Part shown: piece after piece, positions 1-8,875 of the stretch
How the letters are laid out: each line of letters begins with the position of its first letter
How positions within the stretch are numbered: position 1 is the first letter of the stretch
DNA from: a virus
Lineage: Duplodnaviria; Heunggongvirae; Uroviricota; Caudoviricetes
IMG/VR virus record: IMGVR_UViG_2671181094_000003
DNA length: 17,049 nucleotides
Strand: one strand, 5' to 3'
Notes under the pieces: model-generated
Told to the model about the DNA's origin: nothing
Database searches by the model: none
What the model saw: only the letters and a program-made list of their open reading frames with translations
Made by a program: the position numbers and the translations under genes

Positions 1-256
1 CGGCCAGCCATCCGTCATCCATATCACCACGTCAAAGGGTGACAGCAGGCTCATAAGACGCCCCAGCGTCGCCATAGTGCGCTCACCGAATACGTGCGCA
101 ACAACCGTCTTCCGGAGACTGTCATACGCGTAAAACAGCCAGCGCTGGCGCGATTTAGCCCCGACATAGCCCCACTGTTCGTCCATTTCCGCGCAGACGA
201 TGACGTCACTGCCCGGCTGTATGCGCGAGGTTACCGACTGCGGCCTGAGTTTTTTA
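1..256 (-). CDS. insB: IS1 InsB' reading frame, partial (runs out of the window); made as InsAB' transposase by -1 frameshift at the A6C motif
   Basis: Position inside IS1 downstream of insA. A6C run (minus-strand TTAAAAAACTC) at about 247-257. Coordinates approximate. Confidence 0.75.
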
Positions 257-506
257 AGTGACGTAAAATCGTGTTGAGGCCAACGCCCATAATGCGGGCT
301 GTTGCCCGGCATCCAACGCCATTCATGGCCATATCAATGATTTTCTGGTGCGTACCGGGTTGAGAAGCGGTGTAAGTGAACTGCAGTTGCCATGTTTTAC
401 GGCAGTGAGAGCAGAGATAGCGCTGATGTCCGGCGGTGCTTTTGCCGTTACGCACCACCCCGTCAGTAGCTGAACAGGAGGGACAGCTGATAGAAACAGA
501 AGCCAC
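231..506 (-). CDS. insA: IS1 InsA (transposition inhibitor/DNA-binding protein), 91 aa, GTG start
   Basis: Translation [40 protein letters not shown]... is the familiar IS1 InsA with its zinc-finger Cys motifs. Confidence 0.95.
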
Positions 507-561
507 TGGAGCACCTCAAAAACACCATCATACACTAAATCAGTAAGTTGGCAGCATCACC

Positions 562-766
562 CATGCCGGGCTAAAAATTTTTCAAATGAATCACGTTCAT
601 TCGCCTCAACTTTGAAATCACAGGTGAAAACGCGCAGAGAATGATTAAGTCCATTTGGACTTCGTTGCTCATAACCATCGCCAAATCTTACAGTTTTTAT
701 CGATGGTTTATTTTCTGTTTTCATTCCATCCTCTGGTAACCAGTGAAATTCTTCCGTATTAGCCAC
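562..766 (-). pseudogene. Lambda gpM-like minor tail protein, 5' fragment truncated by the IS1 insertion at 561/562
   Basis: N-terminus ...FHWLPEDGMKTENKPSIKTVRFGDGYEQRSPNGLN resembles the lambda gpM N-terminus (…VRKVRFGDGYSQRAPAGLN, from memory). The ORF runs straight into the IS1 terminal repeat. GTG start overlaps the tape-measure stop. Confidence 0.75.
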
Positions 767-3700
767 TTAACATTCCCCCATCACGTCGCATATTTAACAG
801 ATTGCCCTGCACCCGCTGATCAACCATCCCCATAAGTGCTTTTATTGCCTGAGGGCCAATCTCTCCATTCTGGCCGTCATTTTGAATAGTGATTTGGTAT
901 ACAGGGGCATAGGTAATATCTCCGCCTCCATTACCACTTTTACTATTAATAGCTCTGACACCAAGAGAACCATCGGAAGTTCGTGTTAATGGCATAATGG
1001 CTTCCGGACCAGCCTCACCAAAAACACCAGCCCCTTTTGCAAAAGCAAAAAATTGCGGGGAATCATAAATACCGTTCGAATACATGTTCAATGACGGAGA
1101 CTCATAAACACCGCCCTTTGCATTCGGAATAAATTTACTAATAGCACTCCCGATAGTTCCTAAAATCCCCCCAGAAGAACTGTTACTAATGCTGTCGAAA
1201 ATCCCAGTAATTGAAGCCTTTAATGCTATTCGACTAAGATCCGAAATCACGGAAGTAGCGAAAGAACGAAAATTTGCCTTGCCTGTCGTGACAAAATCAC
1301 CCAGCGCATCGGTCATTCCATCAAACATCTGAGTCGTGGTTGATTTTATCTGCTCACTGATATCCTTAGTGTCATCCAGCCAGTTATTGAATCCCTGGGA
1401 GGCACCACTAACCCAGTCTCCTGCCTGAATATCGAGCTGCTCGTTTTTCTGTCTGACAATGTCTTTTTCTCGTTCCAGAGCATCATTCAGAGCCTGCATT
1501 TTCTCCTGAAAAACATGATTTGACATCCCACGGGATTTATCTGCATAGTCACGTTCAAGTTGCAGACGCTGATTGTTATATTCACGTTCAATCCGCAGTA
1601 ATTCCTGCTGGCGTTGCTGATTTTTATCGCCAACCCCATAACCAGCAATCTGAATATCATACCCCTGTTGACGATTATCAATCGAAGCCTGCAATGAATC
1701 ACGCCATGCAGCTATTTCGGCGGATTCCTTGATTAGCCTGTTATTTTTTTCAATCGCAACATTTTTCTCCATCAACGCGGTTATTTCTTCCCGGTGTAAG
1801 AGAAGCGATTTCTGATCCTGGGTTAATTTCGATGACGGTCGTGACTCCAGGTTGGCAATCTGCTGACGCCACTTAACCAGTTCCTGTTCAGTGGAACTTA
1901 ATTTAACGGTTAATTCAGTTTGTGAACTTAGTAACGCATTCTGTTGATTCAGATGATCAATCATTCGTTGGGCAGCATCATCCGAATAACCTTTCGCCTT
2001 TGGTTGCTTTGGATCTTTATAACGCTCATTTATTTGAGCGATAAGATTATTATATTCTTCCTTTGAATACTGACTCTTTAGCTTTTCCAGTTTTGCAAGT
2101 TCACTAGCTCTCTGCTGCTCCCGGGTCTGATATTGTTTTGAAAAGGCATCTGCTCTCTGTCTGAGTTCAATTCCTTCCTGTTGTCGCTTGTTGTAATCGT
2201 TTATTGATGAATTTAGTACGTCCTGAGCAATTTTTTCTGCTTGAAGTGCGCCCAATTGCTGCTTTAATCGTGCCAGCCTTTTATTTTGAGCTCCGCCATC
2301 TCCAATGCCACCTAACCCGAAAACTCCGGGTCGGGTATTTTTTTCTATTTCATCAATTTGACGGAGAACATCTGAGATTTTTTGATCAAGGGAGGCCTCA
2401 CGGCCAATATCCAGCATGGAATCCCATGCCCATTTTGCGGAGTCTGCGACAGCTTTCCATGCAGTCTCAAGATAACCAAGATTTTCTTTAATCTGGTTGG
2501 TGCGCTGGATCATTGAGGATGAGTATGCTTCTGTCGCAATGCGGGCGGCCTCCTGCTGGTTCCCTTCATCCTGTAGCGCCTTAATCTGGTTATAAGTCGC
2601 AATTGTCAGAAAATGGTACTGATCATTAAGTTTTGATATGGCACTGACAGGATCCTTTGCAATTTCATTGAAGTCATTAACCAGTTGTTCGGTTGATATT
2701 CCTGTTACTTCGCTCGTTTTTACTATCGCTGTCGTCACTTGCTCCAGCGAACTGCTCGCTACCTTTCCCGAACGCACAAGCTGGTTTAATACTGCCGCCG
2801 CAGCGCCAGTTGTCGAATCAGCCGCATTCCCGGCACGTTGAGCTATATCGGCCAATTGCCCGCTGGTTGTCCCCAACTGATTTCCGGTAAGAATAAGAGA
2901 TTTATTAAATTCGTCCTGCTCCTGAGAGCCTTTATAGTAAGCCAGCCCTAAGACGCCAACGGCTGCTGCGGCCAGGGTAAAAGGATTAATTAATCCCAGC
3001 ACATAAGAACCAACACCTTTGATCGCCGGGCCAATCCCACCGAACATATCTTTTAGCTGGCCGCCCTGCTGCATTAACACCATAAAAGGCGACTGACCAG
3101 TGGACAACCCAACAACAATATCCGTCATTTGTGCAGGCAACATGCGCATAGCAAAAGCCGTTTGTTTTGCCGACATTCCGGTTTTGCTTAATTGAGATTG
3201 AGTAACCTCAAGCTCACTCCGCATAGCACGAAGTTTTCCAGAAAGTTCCTCATACATTTCAGGAGAGAGCATCCCCTTAGCTTTTGCTTCATTGAGCTGT
3301 TTCTGTTGTTCTACCAGACGATTAAAAGCAGTTCCGACAGGGTCAAGTTGAGCAATCAGACGTTGCAAAGCAGCAACCTGTTCATCATGCGCTTTTGCTG
3401 CTTCTCGCTCTGCCTGAGCCTCTCCGGTAAGCTCTCGCCGTGTTTCCTGTATTTTTCGGCTATAATTCTCAAACTGAGAACCATTTATTTTCCCGGATGC
3501 AAACGCAGCATTAAGTTCATCCTGCTGTTGTTCAAGATTTCTTAGCGCCGCAGCCAGAGGGTCGATCTTGTCCAGCATTCTTTGAAAGGCCTGAGCCTGC
3601 GCTTCCTGCTGGGCGGCAGCAAGTTTTCCGGCCTTCTCGGCTTCTCTCTGCGCTTGCGCAACCCCGCTCAATTCCTCTGTGGTTTCATTAAGTTTACGGA

Positions 3701-3992
3701 CAAGAAATTCATATTCTTCTTTATCAATAAGCCCTTTATCGAAAAATTTCTTTAATTCAGAATAGCGTCGACCGACAGTATCAATTGCGGCACCAACTGG
3801 ATCAATAGCTGCTTTTAATTTTGCGAGCGCGTTCTTCTCATCTTCTGTTGCCTTAGTCACTTTCCCTGCGCTATTTGCAGCAGTTTCCCCGGCCTGCGTC
3901 ATTTTGACTAATGAGGAGGTCAGATTGTCAGCATTATTTTTTGCTCCAGTGCTATCAATAATTATTGCGAGACGCGAGGTTTGCTCTGCCAT
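759..3992 (-). CDS. Tail tape measure protein, lambda gpH homolog, 1077 aa
   Basis: Uninterrupted 1077-aa ORF with AGGAG SD 9 nt upstream of the ATG. Segments [11 protein letters not shown]…[17 protein letters not shown] and the C-terminal …[14 protein letters not shown]…[10 protein letters not shown] match recalled lambda gpH motifs. Position follows the G/T chaperone pair. Confidence 0.92.
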   Translation of the reverse strand: MAEQTSRLAIIIDSTGAKNNADNLTSSLVKMTQAGETAANSAGKVTKATEDEKNALAKLKAAIDPVGAAIDTVGRRYSELKKFFDKGLIDKEEYEFLVRKLNETTEELSGVAQAQREAEKAGKLAAAQQEAQAQAFQRMLDKIDPLAAALRNLEQQQDELNAAFASGKINGSQFENYSRKIQETRRELTGEAQAEREAAKAHDEQVAALQRLIAQLDPVGTAFNRLVEQQKQLNEAKAKGMLSPEMYEELSGKLRAMRSELEVTQSQLSKTGMSAKQTAFAMRMLPAQMTDIVVGLSTGQSPFMVLMQQGGQLKDMFGGIGPAIKGVGSYVLGLINPFTLAAAAVGVLGLAYYKGSQEQDEFNKSLILTGNQLGTTSGQLADIAQRAGNAADSTTGAAAAVLNQLVRSGKVASSSLEQVTTAIVKTSEVTGISTEQLVNDFNEIAKDPVSAISKLNDQYHFLTIATYNQIKALQDEGNQQEAARIATEAYSSSMIQRTNQIKENLGYLETAWKAVADSAKWAWDSMLDIGREASLDQKISDVLRQIDEIEKNTRPGVFGLGGIGDGGAQNKRLARLKQQLGALQAEKIAQDVLNSSINDYNKRQQEGIELRQRADAFSKQYQTREQQRASELAKLEKLKSQYSKEEYNNLIAQINERYKDPKQPKAKGYSDDAAQRMIDHLNQQNALLSSQTELTVKLSSTEQELVKWRQQIANLESRPSSKLTQDQKSLLLHREEITALMEKNVAIEKNNRLIKESAEIAAWRDSLQASIDNRQQGYDIQIAGYGVGDKNQQRQQELLRIEREYNNQRLQLERDYADKSRGMSNHVFQEKMQALNDALEREKDIVRQKNEQLDIQAGDWVSGASQGFNNWLDDTKDISEQIKSTTTQMFDGMTDALGDFVTTGKANFRSFATSVISDLSRIALKASITGIFDSISNSSSGGILGTIGSAISKFIPNAKGGVYESPSLNMYSNGIYDSPQFFAFAKGAGVFGEAGPEAIMPLTRTSDGSLGVRAINSKSGNGGGDITYAPVYQITIQNDGQNGEIGPQAIKALMGMVDQRVQGNLLNMRRDGGMLSG
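3164..3806 (-). repeat. Three tandem ~60-80 aa repeats in the tape-measure N-terminal region (residues about 63-277)
   Basis: Protein repeats start [14 protein letters not shown]…, [14 protein letters not shown]…, [14 protein letters not shown]…, each with a G-x-I/L…Y…KL…EL…AQA core. DNA coordinates derived from residue numbers. Confidence 0.6.
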
Positions 3993-4005
3993 TTATTAAA
4001 ACTCC

Positions 4006-4037
4006 TGACAACAAAAAACCCACCGCGAAGTGGGTTT
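4006..4037 (-). terminator. Candidate intrinsic terminator just upstream of the tape-measure SD
   Basis: Minus-strand RNA AAACCCAC-UUCGCG-GUGGGUUU followed by UUUGUUGU. Lies in a 165-bp non-coding gap between the T-frame stop and the tape-measure start. Confidence 0.45.
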
Positions 4038-4157
4038 CAGGCGACATAATAGTAGATATAGCGATTACGAGGCCACGCAATGCTTTTCTCCAGGAGCATC
4101 ATCGATTTAATTAAAGACACCATCACATCTCTGTAACAGAGTGTACGTAATTAACAA

Positions 4158-4478
4158 CTACACACACTGCTCCTGAAAATACTGGTCATCCAGTGCAAAG
4201 ATCACTGCTTCAAATTCATCGCGCTCAATCAATACCGGATGAGTGGCTAAATATTCATTTATCTCTGTCAGAGATAAAGGCAAAGGCACCCCAGCCATTC
4301 CAGCATAACGTCGGGCACGGGATATTACCGAATAGGCGTACAACAACTCCTTAAGCACCGGGTCTATTTCTGGTTCCGGTATCGGTGGCAACCTGAGTTT
4401 TTCTCGCTTCCATCTTGCCTTTTCCCCCCTTTCTCCCCCGAACTCCGATAACCACCGCTGGGCAGCTATGGCTTTTTT
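4158..4478 (-). CDS. Tail assembly chaperone T segment, expressed only as a G-T fusion by -1 frameshift (no independent start)
   Basis: The -1 frame from the heptamer at 4472-4478 is open through ...AIAAQRWLSEFGGERGEKARWKREKLRLPPIPEPEIDPV... to the stop at 4158. Matches the conserved G/G-T arrangement of long-tailed phages. Confidence 0.65.
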   Translation of the reverse strand, partial: KKAIAAQRWLSEFGGERGEKARWKREKLRLPPIPEPEIDPVLKELLYAYSVISRARRYAGMAGVPLPLSLTEINEYLATHPVLIERDEFEAVIFALDDQYFQEQCV

Positions 4479-4915
4479 ATCGTATCCTGCTTCTGCTGCT
4501 CTTTACCCTGGGCGATGCTGGCTGCTTCTGCAAGGATCTGCCAGTACAACTCTGGATTCTGCTTAAGCAGCGCGATCCCTCGTTCTGCCGTATATTCCAG
4601 TGCAACCTCAACACCATTAACCAGTTCACCAACCCCTTTCCAGTCTTTCAGCAGATAACGAGCGGCATTATCAATGAGTAAATCATCAACAGAATCCACC
4701 TCGGAAACCTTTGAAATATCAAACTCCTTCGTTCCGACGTGCAAACTGGCATCCATTTTCTCAATGTGGCGACGGATTAATGCATTACGGGAGCGATACT
4801 GATCGTTATCGCTGCTTGCCACCAACAGTTTTAACCCGTCTACAGGTTTTAAGTCCTTCATTGGCGTAAACCAGCGTTCTCCACCAATGATAATTTTCTG
4901 ATTAAGAATAAACAT
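4466..4915 (-). CDS. Tail assembly chaperone, gpG-like
   Basis: Position between major tail and tape measure. Ends at the slippery heptamer and TAG. Start placed at the second ATG (4915), which has a GAGG SD 6 nt upstream; the ORF-track start at 4927 is also possible. Confidence 0.7.
   Translation of the reverse strand: MFILNQKIIIGGERWFTPMKDLKPVDGLKLLVASSDNDQYRSRNALIRRHIEKMDASLHVGTKEFDISKVSEVDSVDDLLIDNAARYLLKDWKGVGELVNGVEVALEYTAERGIALLKQNPELYWQILAEAASIAQGKEQQKQDTIKKP
4472..4478 (-). other. Programmed -1 ribosomal frameshift slippery heptamer A_AAA_AAG
   Basis: Minus-strand ...ACG AUA AAA AAG CCA UAG: the heptamer A AAA AAG sits two codons before the G stop in the correct zero-frame phasing. 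Confidence 0.65.
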
Positions 4916-4975
4916 CCATAACCTCATTCAATGCGTCCCCCTGTAGGGCAGTACCACAGGAGGAATAACGGAAAA

Positions 4976-5938
4976 TCAACTAATCGCCTCAGCACTGGCT
5001 TTTGCGATCACGGCAGCCGGGGAATTTTTTTTTCTGGTTATCGTAGGTGCTTCATCTGCTGCGGTAATGCTCAATTGAACCTGGATAATGTCGCTATTAC
5101 CCCCATCAGGCCATTCACCTGACACCTGAACCTTCGGGAAACTGAAAGTGTATGCCCCCTCTCCATTCGAAAGCGTGAAGCTGAACGGAACTGTTTCTCC
5201 AGTCAGTGTTTTACTCCAGATTTCCCACGCGGCTTTAGACCATGAAAGCGTCACCGTACCGGACGGTGTAAAAGTAGTCGGAATATTTGCTCCTGCATAA
5301 GGCGAGCCAGTCCCGATACAACGCTGTGTCTGGAGTTTGTTATCGAACTGAATATCAAAACTGTCGATACAAAAACCGTTACCTCCGGCAACACCATTCA
5401 GGCTTACTGCTGAAACCTCCTTAAACGAATAACGTAGCTTTCCTGCACTATCCACAGGTTCGCCTTTGATAAAATTCGTATCATCGGCCTTTGATTCCCA
5501 GTCCAGTCCGGCAAAGGTTACGGTCGCTGTAATATCGCCGTCGTTAGGGATCTGCATTTTCCATGAGCCAACCTGCGCTCCTCTGACGACAGAGGCAATT
5601 CCGACATCGGACGCATAGGTCGCCAGAGAAAATGTTATTCGCTCATTCCCCATTGTCAGAGAATCGCCTGACCATTCCGCGCCGAAACAGGATGCAAGAA
5701 AATCATCATGTTGACCCCAGCGAAATTTGGTACCAACATCACCGCCGACATCCACAGTGCCAGGCGTCGCCCCCTGAGCCATCCGGGAGCCACCAATCTC
5801 ATTATTTTCGCCTTTATTCTGGGTGGGTTTTACTCCCCAGCTTGTGCGTTTTAATAAACTCCAGTCACCACTTGCTGGCGTAGTGCCTGCAACCGTCTCC
5901 CGGATAAATGCCGAGATAACCTTTGCACCTGAACTCAC
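4976..5938 (-). CDS. Major tail (tube) protein, 320 aa, GTG start
   Basis: Position immediately upstream of the G/G-T pair. Strong SD (TAGGAGG) 6 nt before the GTG. Gly/Thr/Ser-rich beta-type composition typical of tail tube proteins. Not similar to lambda gpV by eye. Confidence 0.75.
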   Translation of the reverse strand: MSSGAKVISAFIRETVAGTTPASGDWSLLKRTSWGVKPTQNKGENNEIGGSRMAQGATPGTVDVGGDVGTKFRWGQHDDFLASCFGAEWSGDSLTMGNERITFSLATYASDVGIASVVRGAQVGSWKMQIPNDGDITATVTFAGLDWESKADDTNFIKGEPVDSAGKLRYSFKEVSAVSLNGVAGGNGFCIDSFDIQFDNKLQTQRCIGTGSPYAGANIPTTFTPSGTVTLSWSKAAWEIWSKTLTGETVPFSFTLSNGEGAYTFSFPKVQVSGEWPDGGNSDIIQVQLSITAADEAPTITRKKNSPAAVIAKASAEAIS

Positions 5939-5964
5939 AGGAGCCTCCTATGTCATTAATTGCG

Positions 5965-6357
5965 CTAGAGCGCGCGATATGGAATTTGAAGATTAAGCTG
6001 GAACCAGCCATTCTTTTCGCCAACGGCTATTGAGGAAACAGCCTGGTAACTGAGACGATCGTCATCCTGAAACTCAAACAGTTCCCGCAATTTATCGGCT
6101 GTCTCAGTAATGAGTTTTGAACCAGAACCTGCGGGGACAAATAACTGAATAATGATTATCCCCGTGCGATAAACAATCGGCCCCGCGCCAATTTCATTAA
6201 CTCCAGCCTGCCCGGGAATATTACTTAACCGCGCCCAGATTAACTTACCGGAAGGATCGAACGTTGGCGCGTTCGGATACAATACGTCTTTTCCATCAAT
6301 AATCGTCTGTGCCGTCATTCTGGAAATAACCGTATTTCTGATTTCAGTAAACGTCAT
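5965..6357 (-). CDS. Putative tail terminator/tail completion protein, 130 aa
   Basis: Gene order (directly upstream of the major tail gene) and size. ATGA start/stop overlap with the upstream gene. Assignment by synteny only. Confidence 0.5.
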   Translation of the reverse strand: MTFTEIRNTVISRMTAQTIIDGKDVLYPNAPTFDPSGKLIWARLSNIPGQAGVNEIGAGPIVYRTGIIIIQLFVPAGSGSKLITETADKLRELFEFQDDDRLSYQAVSSIAVGEKNGWFQLNLQIPYRAL

Positions 6358-6734
6358 TTGTAAACCTGTAAAACACCATGAAAAGCGTTGGCATACACGC
6401 CAGTTGGCGCTTGTTGTGAATGACCGTTTTCAAGAGCCTCTGCATAAGGAAGGTTATTCTGGATATAAATAACTCCGTAATTTGCAGCTTTCGAAATAAC
6501 CCCGATCCCACGCTGAACAGCAATCGTACCGTTCGGATCCACGTTATCAGATATACCAATATCGGGATGCTGTAACGACACCAGGTTGTTATTTCTGAAA
6601 CGTCCGGTATCAACCGGAGCAGCAATATCAATAGCAGTAAGAATCTGAATAGCGATGTAGCGAATCTTCAGCCCTACATCTTCCTCAATCATCCCGGCAA
6701 ATATTGACGGTTCTATATCCCATGCCTTTGCCAT
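6354..6734 (-). CDS. Putative neck/tail-component protein, HK97 gp10-like, 126 aa
   Basis: Synteny plus the NNLPYAEALENG segment recalled as characteristic of the HK97 gp10-like family. TAAATG junction with the upstream gene. Confidence 0.5.
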   Translation of the reverse strand: MAKAWDIEPSIFAGMIEEDVGLKIRYIAIQILTAIDIAAPVDTGRFRNNNLVSLQHPDIGISDNVDPNGTIAVQRGIGVISKAANYGVIYIQNNLPYAEALENGHSQQAPTGVYANAFHGVLQVYK

Positions 6735-7118
6735 TTACGCTCTCCTTAACTGGATAGAGTAAACTGATGCGGAAGGATCTACACTTGCTGTAATTACCTC
6801 GTATCGTTGTAACTGCCTTGATACAGGATCATAAATCTCAATAATATGGTCGACAGCTGGTTTATCCGTAACCTCGCATACCAGAGCGGTTAATTTAAGG
6901 TCACCATGCAAAATATTAATCCCATCAATTCTGCCCAGCTTATAACGTGTCAACACGCCTCGCCCGGTATAGATTGCGGTGGATTCGCCGCCAGTTTCCG
7001 TCACAGGATCCCAGTGCCGGTGCGTAACGTAAGAACCAGAAAAATCACTCACGGCGTCCGCTAAATCCTCATCAAAAGCAGCGGCAACCTCTGACTGAAT
7101 CTCTTCACGAAGCCCCAT
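6735..7118 (-). CDS. Putative head closure/head-tail joining protein, 127 aa
   Basis: Synteny between the capsid and tail genes. TAATG overlap with the upstream gene. Confidence 0.45.
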   Translation of the reverse strand: MGLREEIQSEVAAAFDEDLADAVSDFSGSYVTHRHWDPVTETGGESTAIYTGRGVLTRYKLGRIDGINILHGDLKLTALVCEVTDKPAVDHIIEIYDPVSRQLQRYEVITASVDPSASVYSIQLRRA

Positions 7119-7513
7119 TATCCCCCCCTCACAACCCTGACTTGTGAGCGACTAAGTCCGTACGGTTTCAGCAGTGCTATCGCAAGCTGTAAATCGGGTT
7201 CAAGCAATGCAGTGCTGTTTGCTGGCAACTCAGAAAATGATTTCGATACACTGACCCCGTCAGCCGACACGGCTTTACTGATAACAACGCCAGAATCATT
7301 TTTCTGCTGAAACAACTTACCGAATGAGGCAATTCTGGCTGCATATGCTCCCGCAAGTTTTACCTCTTCCGGAATACGGGATGGGTTAATTTTCAGGTTG
7401 AAGCCATTAAGCCAGGCATTAGCCATTAAAACAGCTTTATTTTTAGCGTTCTCACTCGTCCAGGCGTTCCCAAACGCATTATCAACGTCATCACAGGTCA
7501 CGTAAGTGATCAT
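7118..7513 (-). CDS. Putative head-tail connector/adaptor protein, 131 aa
   Basis: Synteny: first mid-sized gene after the capsid gene. Tightly packed with neighbours. Confidence 0.45.
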   Translation of the reverse strand: MITYVTCDDVDNAFGNAWTSENAKNKAVLMANAWLNGFNLKINPSRIPEEVKLAGAYAARIASFGKLFQQKNDSGVVISKAVSADGVSVSKSFSELPANSTALLEPDLQLAIALLKPYGLSRSQVRVVRGG

Positions 7514-7516
7514 GTG

Positions 7517-7693
7517 TTACTCCTGAGTTTTCCAGCCCATAGCCTTCCAGTTGTCAACTTCATCAGGATGAACATTAGCGATAGTTGGTGCGCCGGGAAA
7601 CATCTGATAATCGGTCACCATAACCACTAACTCAATTTGCGTTTTTTGTGCGGCTTCACGCTGTGCTCTTTGCTCTTTAGTTAATCCGGCCAT
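7517..7693 (-). CDS. Small hypothetical protein, 58 aa (MAGLTKEQRAQREAAQKTQIELVVMVTDYQMFPGAPTIANVHPDEVDNWKAMGWKTQE), absent from the ORF track
   Basis: Hand-translated ORF that fills the gap between the capsid-gene terminator and the connector gene. G-rich SD-like run before the ATG; its stop is 3 nt from the next start. Confidence 0.35.
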   Translation of the reverse strand: MAGLTKEQRAQREAAQKTQIELVVMVTDYQMFPGAPTIANVHPDEVDNWKAMGWKTQE

Positions 7694-7702
7694 ATGCCCC
7701 CC

Positions 7703-7725
7703 ATTAAAAATGGGGCCGAAGCCCC
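7703..7725 (-). terminator. Intrinsic terminator downstream of the major capsid gene
   Basis: Minus-strand GGGGC-UUCG-GCCCC followed by AUUUUUAAU, starting about 10 nt after the capsid stop codon. Confidence 0.5.
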
Positions 7726-7735
7726 GTTTGAATGT

Positions 7736-8875
7736 TTAACCAAGAATCAGACAACCATGTGCCGGCTTCACTGATGAAACACCCCATGCCAGTCCAACTT
7801 CATAGCGCACCTGGCGATACTGACGATACAGTGCAATCTGGAACGTAATCCCTGAAATCGGGTCCGTAACATTCATTACATCATCAGCATTATCGCCACC
7901 TTCCGGCATTGCCGGAGTACGGGATGCCAGCAGAAACGCGTTGCGATCAAACGCCATATTTGCCGTAAAGGCCCCAACAACTGTGATGGCAGTATCATCG
8001 GCCAGATCCTGACGCAGTCCGGGCGCTGCAAGAGTAATCAGATTGCTGGTCGCTGCTGCCACAACATACTGATTCGGATCACCAGCGAACGTAACAATCT
8101 GACCTGCAGAAATACTCCCCGAACCAGTATCAATGGAAATAAGAACATCGCCTTCTTTTTTCTCTCCATTCACGAGATAACCAGTTGCAGCAACCTTTGG
8201 CGCTCGTTTCACACCTGCCGAACTGTGAATATTGAATCCCTCCAGACGCCCCAACACGCCCTCACGCAGTAGCTGTTCAGTGCCGGATTCATTCACTTTA
8301 AACAATACAGACTGTTTTCCGCGCAAATTAGCAATGGCAGTGGAGCCAAGCACCATCTGCAGATCGGTTGTCGGTGCGCCGTTATCCTCCAGAACCTGAC
8401 GAGCCAGAGCAGCATCAGAAAGATCATCTTTAACACCAAACGGCGTTGTCCCTGCGGTTCCCACGGCGCGGGAAGCACCGAAATACAACGCACCAAGATC
8501 AGCCTCAACCTCGTTTGCAAGGGCGCGAAAAGCCTGCTTGAACTGATCAGCCAGAATGGTGTTGTAAGTCCCTGAAGGGCCAAGAGCCAGTTGTTCTTCA
8601 CCATTCCATTTAACCGGTGCCATTTTGGATTTAGTAATTTTTACATCAACAGCGCCAATATTTTGATCACCGGTATTCGGAGCTGACGGCCCCGGTACGA
8701 TATCTTCGGTTTTCGCCTCAGGCGCAACTGGCGCGGTTACCGTCTGATCTTTTGCTGCGGCGTCAGCTTTTGCGTTTTTTGCTACCGCAGGGATAAAACC
8801 TACCTGCTCACGGGATACAACATCCAGGGCGGTATAAATAGTCGGGATCAACCCGGTCAGGGTATTTCCAGCCAT
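7736..8875 (-). CDS. Major capsid (coat) protein, ~380 aa from the ATG at 8875
   Basis: Position after the scaffold gene. AAGGA SD about 11 nt upstream of the ATG at 8875; the ORF-track N-terminal extension to 8968 has no SD. Internal ...GQIVTFAGD... and the C-terminal ...IALYRQY...GLAWGV... loosely resemble P22-type coat protein (recalled, weak). Confidence 0.8.
   Translation of the reverse strand: MAGNTLTGLIPTIYTALDVVSREQVGFIPAVAKNAKADAAAKDQTVTAPVAPEAKTEDIVPGPSAPNTGDQNIGAVDVKITKSKMAPVKWNGEEQLALGPSGTYNTILADQFKQAFRALANEVEADLGALYFGASRAVGTAGTTPFGVKDDLSDAALARQVLEDNGAPTTDLQMVLGSTAIANLRGKQSVLFKVNESGTEQLLREGVLGRLEGFNIHSSAGVKRAPKVAATGYLVNGEKKEGDVLISIDTGSGSISAGQIVTFAGDPNQYVVAAATSNLITLAAPGLRQDLADDTAITVVGAFTANMAFDRNAFLLASRTPAMPEGGDNADDVMNVTDPISGITFQIALYRQYRQVRYEVGLAWGVSSVKPAHGCLILG

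Larger units (their letters stand above)
1..561 (-). mobile_element. IS1 insertion sequence, partial copy cut by the window start; terminal inverted repeat at 539-561
   Basis: Reverse complement of 539-561 is the IS1 terminal repeat GGTGATGCTGCCAACTTACTGAT. The InsA ORF (231-506) and the A6C frameshift motif (about 249-256) are present. Sequence matches the canonical IS1 from memory. Confidence 0.95.

Noticed and set aside
323-535. 70-aa ORF ([13 protein letters not shown]...) on the minus strand, with an identical copy at 16779-16991 on the plus strand
   Set aside because: Both lie inside IS1 in an alternative frame overlapping insA. They are identical only because the IS1 copies are identical, and this is not a recognised IS1 gene.
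1487-3545. Several 65-117 aa ORFs on the plus strand and in alternative minus-strand frames inside the tape-measure gene
   Set aside because: They are antisense to or out of frame with a 1077-aa ORF that has clear homology, have no SD, and give low-complexity translations. Typical shadow ORFs.
4080-4136. 18-codon plus-strand ORF (MLFSRSIIDLIKDTITSL) in the T/tape-measure spacer
   Set aside because: Tiny, on the opposite strand to the operon, with no SD; not supportable as a gene.
8293-8604. 103-aa minus-strand ORF inside the capsid gene
   Set aside because: Alternative frame of the major capsid gene; Trp/Leu/Arg-rich translation typical of an out-of-frame read.
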